Shown: in pieces, positions 48,400 to 57,470 of the stretch | Layout: each line of letters starts with the position of its first letter | Position numbering within the stretch: the first letter of the stretch is position 1 | From: Psammoneis japonica | Taxonomy: Eukaryota | DNA: 57,470 nt | Direction of reading: 5' to 3' | Assembly: GCA_008632985.1 (NCBI GenBank) | Contig: QPGO01000141.1 | Location: forward strand, 186,001-243,470 | The notes under the pieces: model-generated | Told to the model about the DNA's origin: nothing | Database searches by the model: none | What the model saw: only the letters and a program-made list of their open reading frames with translations | Made by a program: the position numbers and the translations under genes

Positions 48400-50769
48400 A
48401 ATGTGTGTTTGCTCCGAACAAATGTGCGGATCCTGAAGACCTGCCATTGACATCACGATGCTGCGCACCAACCCCAAGGACACTTCCATCTGCCGAGACA
48501 GACACGGAACATCCAAAATTGTCAAATTGAGATTCACCATTCAAAGGATCACCAACCTGCAGCCATTTGGTGGTGTTGGCGTCGCACTGAAAGATTCTGA
48601 CTTGACCCTTGTTGCTTGTTCCATTTGCGTCATTCTCTTTGCTTCCAACAGCCAAAATGTTTCCATTGCCACTCAACGACACCGAGGAACCAAACTCATC
48701 CCCTGGCTGAAATGAAAATGGAGTTTGACCATGTTGATTCCATGCGGACGAAGCATGGTCAAACTCACAAACAAGCACTTGGAAACTCAAGGGTGCTCCA
48801 ACTGCGAGCACCAAACCACTGTCATCAAGAGACACTGACCCACCAAAATGACCGTTCTCGAATTGGCCTTTGATTGGATCGCCCAATGGATTCCACCTTG
48901 ACGATCCAGAACTGCGTTCAAACAATGAAACCTGGCCAGCGTCTCTTTCGCCTGCATCATTGCGAACAGATCCAACTCCAACTGTGGTTCCCGAACTGCT
49001 TGGGGAGACCGAGAAACCAAAATCATCTCGAGCACCCTCACCTGTCAGCGTCTGTCCAAGTTGGCTCCAGAATTGTACGTCACTGTTGCACCGAAACATT
49101 CGAGCCAATCCTGAATCAACTTGATTTAAACCGTCCATGTCATTGCACCACGTTCCGACTGCAAGAGTGTCCCCCACATCCGAGAGATCCACAGAATGCC
49201 CAAAACGACCTCCCGCTGCTTGTCCTTCAATGTCAACCCTAGTTGAATCCAACGGTCAGTGGTGGAGTTGTGTTCAAAAACTCGAACACGACCAGGATCA
49301 TCTTCGGCATCATTGTCACAGGCTCCGACCGCCAACACCGTGCCGTCGCCATTCAACAACACGGACTTGCCAAAGTTTTCCCCGGCAGCCTGCCCAACCA
49401 ATTCTTGACCCACGCTCGTCCATTCTTGTGCATCTTGATTGCATTGATGGATGGACACATGTCCAGGATTGGAAGTGAATTCTTGAGACGCTCCCACTGC
49501 CATGATGGCACCATCTCGAGACAAGGAGACGGAATCAGCAAACACATCAAATGCAGCTTTGCCATGCAGCACTTCACCTGACCCTTGAAATGCAACGTTT
49601 GGTGGAAACGCAATGAAAGGAGTGGGAGAAGGAGTGCTGAGTGTGGGAGGTAGAGCAGGCGTTCGCGTTGACAGGCTTGTGACATTGCCCAGTTGCACTC
49701 CAGTCAACCCATCAAAAATGTCGTTCCCTGCGGTTAGACCCGCCTCTTGAAGGTCACTTGCACACTTCGATCGTAAAGCGGACGTCTTGAATGGCTCTGT
49801 CACCAACCTTTCGATCGAAACATCGGTGTCCTGAAAAGTGCATGAAATGAATTGGCTGCACGTAACGAGCAAAGACAACTCAGCGCTGTTGTCACCAATT
49901 TGCATGAGATTTGCATCTGACACCTCTAATGTAGTTTGGACATTGCGGATCTCGATGACTTGCAAAGATTGCAACAAGCGTCGGCGGCGACTGTCACAGA
50001 AACTCTCGATGTGTTTCTTGGTGGCAAACGACCACAGTTCAGCATCAGCTGCTTCGAAGCCTCTGTCTAAGCCGTCCATGCTCAGGGCCAATCCGGTTGC
50101 TTCTTTGGTGGATAATTCGTCCCCACCGTCTCCGCCACCGCCACCACCCCCGAACGTCACCCCAGCTACAATTCCCAAAACTGATGCCAAAAGCCCAACG
50201 CCCCATGTTACGAATCACTTGCGACGGGAAATCGTTTGATTGGAGCCATCTGCAGCGCTCGACTTTGTCTCTTCAGCTTGGGTTCTGTCGTTTGGTGCGG
50301 GTTCAGCGACTTGCGCCTGAGCCAGAGGAACCGACTGCCGAAGAAGTCGGTTTTCTTCTTGGAGTCGAGCCGCTTCCTTGTCTGTCACTTGAGCGACCTG
50401 AGCATGAATGAGCAAGGCGCTTTGTTGATCGCGAGTGGGAGCTGGAAGAGTGGTGTTGGATCCAGACGACGTCTCAGACATGAGACTGACACTGTTGGCA
50501 TTGTCATTTGGTCCTGCTCTCGGGACAACTCCGTCGCAATTTACGGCATGAGCACCAGCAACTGGCGTTGTTGGGTTTGGTGCAGGCTGAGCAGCATCTG
50601 CAATGTCTTCCTTTGCGTCTGGTGCAGATTCTTCCCCATGCGTTTCAACCTCATGTTTTTCCTCTTCATCTTGTTCGTTGTTGTTGTTGTTGCTGCTGCG
50701 GTGATGGCCTCGCCTTCTATCCGTGGTGCCGTGCCACTTGGTCGGAAGCTTGGTTTTGGAACGGTTCAT
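48400..50769 (-). pseudogene. TM/SEA-like/FG-GAP family pseudogene, TA-mutated
   Basis: ORFs 50215-50919, 49126-50190 and 48398-49252 joined by frameshifts. Tyr are replaced (ESFCDS, LVTCSQ, HQCNQ, FEHNS, QCDAN). Confidence 0.9.
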
Positions 50770-51390
50770 GACTGAGAGATGATGACAAAACAGCCCGTGA
50801 TGCAAAAATGTGGAGTCAAGAGTCAATGAACGCAGCTTTTGGACTCTTTTGGGACTCCTGTAAGAATTAGGCGTGACTGAGAGATCACGAACGGGAACGC
50901 GACAAGTGTCATGCTTCATCGCGCGAGCCGTTGCTGCAATTCATCAACGCCGGCATTTCATGATGAGGGTTGACACGCCCCAAAACGATTTGTGGTGAAA
51001 GCTGCAAAACGGGGCTGTGCTGTTACTGCTCCTTCTCGTCGGTTGTTTTAGTCATGGTGCTGAATCGTGCTGATGAGTGTGTGTTGTGGAGGGAGTTTTC
51101 ACGCATTTCGAAATTCCGCCAAACGATCTTTACGCGCTTCGTGCGCGACAAAACTTCAACATCTGGCCGTCAGTCGTCTTCCCGCGCTTTTTTGTGTTGG
51201 ATGGTTTCGCGCGGGCGGCGCGCGTCATCGCTCATCGCTCATCCATCTCACAAAACCAAAACATCATCATCCATCAGCCATCATCACTTTGCGCTTCATT
51301 ATACTCTGCTTGTTATACCCCTCCTTCTATTATCACACCACACTTATTGCAATCCTCATATAATACAAGGCCGTCTTTATTGCATGTCGA

Positions 51391-53224
51391 ATGAACAAGT
51401 TTCGAGCATCACGTGGTTGTTGGATACTTTTACTTTTTGTATTATTGAATTGCCGATTGATTGAATCATCCTCTTTACCCATCATCAACAACAACAAGCA
51501 TCACTCGACAAAAAGAAGAGCAACATCATTTCTAACGAGAAATCAACTACTAAAGAACAAGAAAACTACAACCATGACGACAACTGACTTGCGTGGTGGT
51601 GGTGGTGAACAACAGCCGAGTAGCAGTAGTCGTTTGGTTCGTATTCGACAGACGGTGTTTCCGATTTATGGGAAACAAGAAGTGATTAAATTTCTCTTGA
51701 TTGGCTCTATAAAGTTTTTCATAATCATGGCCTTGACTCTGACACGAGATACCAAGGATACCTTGGTCGTGACGCAATGTGGAGCCGAAGCCATTGCGTT
51801 TTTAAAGGTGAGAGGCGTACATGCTGATTGAAGCATGATATGAAGCATACACACGGCATGCTGGTATGTTTTGCTTATTCTCAATCGCTCACCAAGTATA
51901 TGCTACCTTTTGTGTCAATATATAGATTTACGGAGTTCTTCCTGCTGCTACTGCCTTTATTGCACTCTACTCGAAAATGGCATCCGTCATGAGCAAGCCG
52001 ACGCTCTTTTACTCGACATGTATTCCTTTTTTTCTCTTTTTCCTACTCTTTGATGTATGGATTTATCCCAATTCCAACCTACTGCATCCATCGTTGGAAA
52101 CGGTCCAATCATGGTTGCCCCATTCAGAAGGAGCATGGAGTGTCTTGGCGAAAATATGTAGTCATTGGACGTATTGTTTGTTTTATGTAGTGGCAGAAAT
52201 CTACTCGTCCGTCTCGGTGGGACTCTTGTTTTGGCAATTTGCCAATGACGTGGTGCCCGTGGAACAAGCCAAACGGTTTTATCCACTCTTTGCACAAATG
52301 AGTGGATTGGCACCCGTCGTGGCGGGACAATATGTGGTGCGGTATGCCAGTCAATCGAAATCGTTTCAAGTGAGTTTGCACCGACTCACGGCCGCTGTGA
52401 GTTTTGCGGGAATCATGATTTGTGTCTTTTATCACGCGAGTCGAATGTATATAAAACAACAAGAACAAGAAGAACAAGCTTTGTTATCGAATACTAACAA
52501 AAAGACGACATCAGCATCCAAATCAAAGAAACCAAAAATGAGCATGGGGGAATCGGCAAAGTTTTTGGCATCCTCGCAGTATCTGAGACTGATTGCCGCA
52601 TTGGTGTTGGGATACGGATTGTCTATTAATTTTACAGAAATCATGTGGAAATCACTCGTCAAGAAACAATATCCCGACCCACTTGATTATCAACGATTCA
52701 TGGGTAACTTTTCGTCGGCCGTGGGACTGTCCACGTGTATTGTCATTTTCTTTGGTGTGCACGTGATTCGAATCTTGGGATGGAGGGTGGGTGCCATGGC
52801 GACACCGGGAATCATGGCTGTACTTGCATTACCCTTCTTTGCTTGTATCTTGTTGGGTCTCGATGGTAGCCCCACGCGTCTATCGACCGCGGTTGTCTTT
52901 GGAACGGTCCAATCCTTACTGAGCAAAACTTCCAAATATGCACTCTTTGATCCCACAACGCAAATGGCATACATTCCACTCGACGAGGAATCCAAAGTCA
53001 AGGGCAAGGCTGCAATTGATGTATTGGGATCTCGGATTGGCAAGAGCGGTGGCTCGCTCATTCAACAGGGGTTGGTCATGGTGTTTGGAAACATTATTAA
53101 TGCTGCACCCGTGGTTGCCGTAATTTACTATACCGTCTTGTTGGGGTGGATGGGTGCGGCTCATCGATTGAGTAGTTTGTTTCATGCCAAGACGGAAATG
53201 AACAAGGCTGAAAAGTATCAGTAA
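51391..53224 (+). CDS. NTT: Plastid-type nucleotide (ATP/ADP) transporter, TLC/NTT family; exons 51391-51807 and 51926-53224
   Basis: A 118-bp GT..AG intron (51808-51925) joins FLK|IYGVLPAA in frame. Motifs RDTKDTLVVT, AEAIAFLK, LFWQFAN, AKRFYPLF, KYALFDPTTQMAYIPLD and KGKAAIDVLGSRIGKSGGSLIQQ. N-terminal signal-like presequence. Confidence 0.95.
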
Positions 53225-53364
53225 GACTACAGTGTGGAACAAAAGTACCTTATTCATTATTAAAAGGGAATACCGCATTTTGAGGTGCCAATGTTATTCT
53301 GAGGAATGAGCTGCGTCTCTCTGCACGACGGTCTCGTATAGGCTAGCACATGATGTTTACCATT

Positions 53365-53510
53365 TTCTGTGTCATCCCAATACGCTTCCACAGCAAGAAT
53401 ATCTCCGGCCTCCGATGGCGACATGGAAGAACCAAATCGATAACAAAACTCTCTCCAAAAATGTTGCTGCCGAGTTTGTTCCAACGATGCGAAGCAGGGA
53501 GCTGTATTTA
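53365..53510 (-). pseudogene. Small FG-GAP blade fragment
   Basis: RFGSSMSPSEAGDILAVEAYWDDTENG. Confidence 0.65.
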
Positions 53511-53743
53511 CAATCACTTTGTTCGTTATACCGGCATTTGGTTCGCCATACTGCCCACCTTTTAACGATACAGCCCAACCAATTCGTGGACACTACGACT
53601 CCACGGTTGGTTAGCGGGATTGCATCGATAGTAACAATATAACATGGCCGATCGGATCAAAATCGTCCCTTGCTGCTATTTGCGATACAAAACTACATCT
53701 GCAGCATTATTGACACCAATGCATGAAATACAAAAATACAGTT

Positions 53744-56300
53744 CTAATTGTTGTTTACCGTAAATGCATATGCGGATCCGGACTTGTCGCCATTGACGTC
53801 AGCATTCCGTGCACCAACTCCAACGAAGCTTCCGTCGGCCGACAAGGACACGGAATGTCCAAACCAATCACGTTCAGCCTCGCCATTTAAAGCATCTCCA
53901 ACTTGCTTCCATTCGTCTGCATTGACGTCATACTGAAAGATTCGAACTTGACCCGCTCGATACATTCCATTGACGTCATGCAAACCACTTCCGACCGCCA
54001 AGACGTTTCCATTGCCACTCAATGACACTGAGTAACCAAACTCATCATCAGACTGTTGTGTCAAGAGAGTTTGGCCACGTGGATTCCATGTCAAAGTCGA
54101 GCGGTCGTACGAATGAACCAAAACCTTCTCGTCGTTGCTTCCAGGTGCATCCGCGGCCACGATCAAACCGCTGTCGTCAAGAGAAACAGAATATCCAAAT
54201 TTACCATATTCGACTTGGCCATTGATTGGGTCACCCAACAGATCCCATCTTGACAAGGCAGAATTGTATTCGTACACTGACACTTGACCAGCATTGTTTC
54301 CACCCGAATCATTTCTATATGCTCCAACGCCAACAATGGTTCCCTGCGCATTCAACGAAACAGAAATACCAAAACGATCATCAGCGGCTTGGCCAATGAG
54401 GGTTTCTCCGAGTTGGTTCCAGGACGAAGAGCCGCGGTCGTATTGAAACAATTGCACCGATCCAGAATCAGAGCCATTTTCCGCGTTGTCCCAATGCGCT
54501 CCCACGGCAAGAATGTCTCCAGCGTCTGAGAGCGACACGGAAGAACCAAATAAATCACCAGCGTCTTGTCCAAGAATGTCGCTGCCGCGTTGGACCCAAT
54601 GATCCGATGCCGAGTTGTATTCAAACACCCGAACGTGACCGGCATTCGATCCGCCACTGTCATTCCATGGAGCTCCAATGGCAAGAATCGTGCCATCGCC
54701 ATTTAACGAAACAGACTCTGCATAATCGTCGCCGCCAGCTTGTCCAGTCAATTCTTGGCCAATTTGTATCCATTGTTGGGTGCTTGGATTGTATCGATTG
54801 ACCTCAACGTAGCCGGGATTGGAAGAAGATTGTTGTTGATCTGCTCCAATCGCCATAACACTTCCATCACGAGACAAGGAGACGGAATCGCCAAAATTGT
54901 CATCTCCCGCTTTGCCGTGCAAGATTTGACCGACGGGACTCCACGTCCCATTTAGCGGCAAACCACCACCACTGGTAGAATTGGGTGTTGGAGCTTGAGT
55001 TGTGGGACGTGGAGTAGGATTGAGCGTTGGCGGAGGCGTTGGCGGAAAACTAGATGGAGTGGTGGGGGCTGTTGTGGAAGGTTGGGTAGGTCTTGAAGCG
55101 GTAGGAGCCACAGTAGGTGGAGGAGTCGGGTTGACCGTGGGAGATGGCGTTGGCTCTTTTGTGGAAGACGGAGTCGGCGTGGGTGTCGGAGCTAATGTCG
55201 ATGGAGGCAACGTCGGATCTTGTGTCGGTGAGTCTGTCGGAGATGGAGAGGAAGGATTTGGTGTATTTGATTCCATGCTAACGTCAGTCAAGTTGTCGAA
55301 AACGTCCTCGCCTTGAGCCATACCCGCGTCCTGTAGGCCGCCTGCATATGCCATTCTTCTGGCAGACGTTCTGAATGGTTCACTCACCATGTGATCAATA
55401 GAAACGTCCTTGTCTTCGAATGTATACGCGAATGATTGGGTGTACGTAACAAGTAAAGAGGGACGAGTGCCATTGTTGCCACCTCTTACGACGTTTGTGT
55501 CGGTTACACCCAGTTCAGTTTTGACATTGTAGATGTGGCGGTCGCTAAAGAGCGAAGCAAGCGGCGTCGGCGACTGCTGTAAAAGTCCTCAACGTATTCC
55601 TTGGTCACGGCAGCCCACAAATCCGAGTCGTTCGCATCAAACACTGCGTCCAAACCAATCAAATCAATGACCAATCCGGTAGCTTGTTTGATCGACTGCT
55701 CGCCGCTTGCTCCGCCATCGTCCCAGGGCTTAACTCCTACAATAACACCGACAATCGCAGCAATAACTAAAACAACAACTCCTCCTCCGATGATGTAACG
55801 TTGGCAACGTCTCTTCTTTTCCCCATCAATGGATCGTCACCTTTCGTGTTGATCGACGCCAGTTGGGTCGGGCGGTGTTCGGCATCATCAGAAGCCATGA
55901 GGACAGGTTCCGCAACCTGGGCTTGAGCCAAAGGAACGGATCGGCGAAGAAGAATGTTTTCTTCTTGGAGTCGAGCCACTTCTTCATCCGTCACTTGAGC
56001 AAGCTGAGCTTGGACAAGTAAATCGCTTGGATTGCGAGTGCTGGGCGCTGGAACAGAGGGATCAACACTCTCGGGCTCCGACATGAGTGTGACAATGTCA
56101 GGATTCCTTCCAGCTCTCGGTACCACGCCATCACGATTGACTGCATATGCTCCAGCTGCAGGAGCTTCTTCCGTGTCTTGATTTACCTCTTGACCTTCTT
56201 GAACCGTCTCTTGTTTCTCCTCCACCACACTTCTACTGTTCCCACGGCTTTCATAGGTGTCATCCCAAATCGTGGTCGGCGGCTTGTTGGAACGGTCCAT
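53744..56300 (-). CDS. TM/SEA-like/PT stalk/FG-GAP membrane protein with two frameshifts (~55830 and ~55540); young pseudogene or assembly errors
   Basis: ORF 55767-56300 (AAGAYAVNRDG, LLVQAQLAQV), a middle frame (RCQRYIIGGGVVVLVIAAIVGVIVGVKPW...DFYSSRRRRLLRSL) and ORF 53744-55390 form the full family architecture. TpA and Tyr are retained. Confidence 0.8.
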
Positions 56301-57470
56301 GTTTGCTTTTGATGTGGGACGGAGCGAGAATGAGAAATTATTGAGTCAAATGAAAAGATTGCCGTCTGTGAACAAGTGTCGCGTTTCTCAGACGAAAAAA
56401 CGAGAACGCCTTCAGGAGGTGGTCTTGACGTCAGCGGTGTCATGTAGGCTTCGCATCGTATCATCACACGCACATTGCAACTGCCGGTATTGCCCACGTC
56501 ACATCAACAACCGCTATTGTGGTATGAGCAGAGTATTATGACTTTGACAAGTTCATTCTGCTTTGCCTCGATCTTGTAATTGCGGCAGTTCCACCCTTTT
56601 GTGCCAAAATGCGCGAAAAGCCCAGACTCAACAACTGCGTAGGAGCGAACTTATCGATGCGTACGTAAAGGTAAAGGACTGCAGACGGAAAGAATGAAGT
56701 GCAGGTTAGGGCAGTGTGTGACGACACCAAGCCATTTCCCTTCAACCATAACTCACGTTGGAAAGATGCTGCACGATACGGATCCAACATAATTACAACA
56801 TGATGTAGACGACCGCAGCGCAATCGCGCATAGCCCAAGTAGCATTCCGGCCTGAGAGCAATTGTACGGTAAGAAGCTTCAAGACAACAACAAGTGAAAT
56901 TCAAAATTTGTCTTACCACTCGTCTGATCCATAGAATATTAGACGGAAGAGAAAGCAAGCTTGTTGCAATGTATCTTTGCATCGTTGCGGGATTGTCCAT
57001 GACAGCGCGGATGACTATTGCCGAGTCGTTCTTGGTGCTTAACAACCATGGCACTCTTCACCCAAGAGAACTTATGAAACAAGGTGCGAAAGGCCAAGCT
57101 GGAAGCAACATGTACTGTAGCACCGGAACGTCTTTGCAAGACATGCAATCAAGCTGCAACCGGGCGGAGAAAGCATGGATCTAGTCAAATCCTTCTCGTT
57201 GGAGCTTAGAACCATCGTATTCTGCAACACCAGCACCTTCAACCTATTCAACAATAGGAACGCACACAAGACGCCATGAAGTTCCTGTTTGTGGTAAAGG
57301 ATGAATGGGACAAACAACATTCGTAAGAGAAGTGCGTCCGATCGCTAAATAGGTCTGAAAACATCAAACATTAGCTCTGCTTACTCTTGGTGCTTCAGTC
57401 GTCATATTTTTCCATACTGACGCCCATACATCATTCAATGCCAACGTATGAGACATGCCATGCGTTCCTG

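Noticed and set aside
2880..50900. Classical RIP or sequencing error as the cause of the dinucleotide skew
   Set aside because: RIP raises TA rather than removing it. The changes are context-specific, on both strands, independent between copies and largely absent from intact genes.
56536..57054. 172-aa minus-strand ORF
   Set aside because: No recognisable motif; cannot be supported as a gene.

Overview
Eukaryotic genomic DNA, probably from a diatom. That assignment is inferred from a plastid-type nucleotide transporter with a presequence, RRL-containing surface proteins and a diatom-style LINE fragment. The window holds a minus-strand tandem array of about 11 intact, frameshifted or decayed copies of a type II membrane protein (cytoplasmic N-terminus, TM helix, SEA-like domain, Pro/Thr stalk, FG-GAP beta-propeller). 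One copy is fused to an MLKL/HeLo-like helical domain plus a protein kinase. Also present are PIG-B, an NTT ATP/ADP transporter, a putative 2OG-Fe(II) oxygenase, a Crinkler-like Ubl-REase-kinase gene, a LINE fragment, a Merlin-like DNA element, a MITE family and segmental duplications. The main signal is that roughly half the window (pseudogenes, duplicated and mobile DNA) is almost free of TpA. Alignment with intact paralogs in the same window shows TA systematically converted to TG or CA, alongside CG to TG/CA decay. This looks like a targeted A:T-to-G:C hypermutation process running opposite to fungal RIP. All counts and alignments were done by eye.
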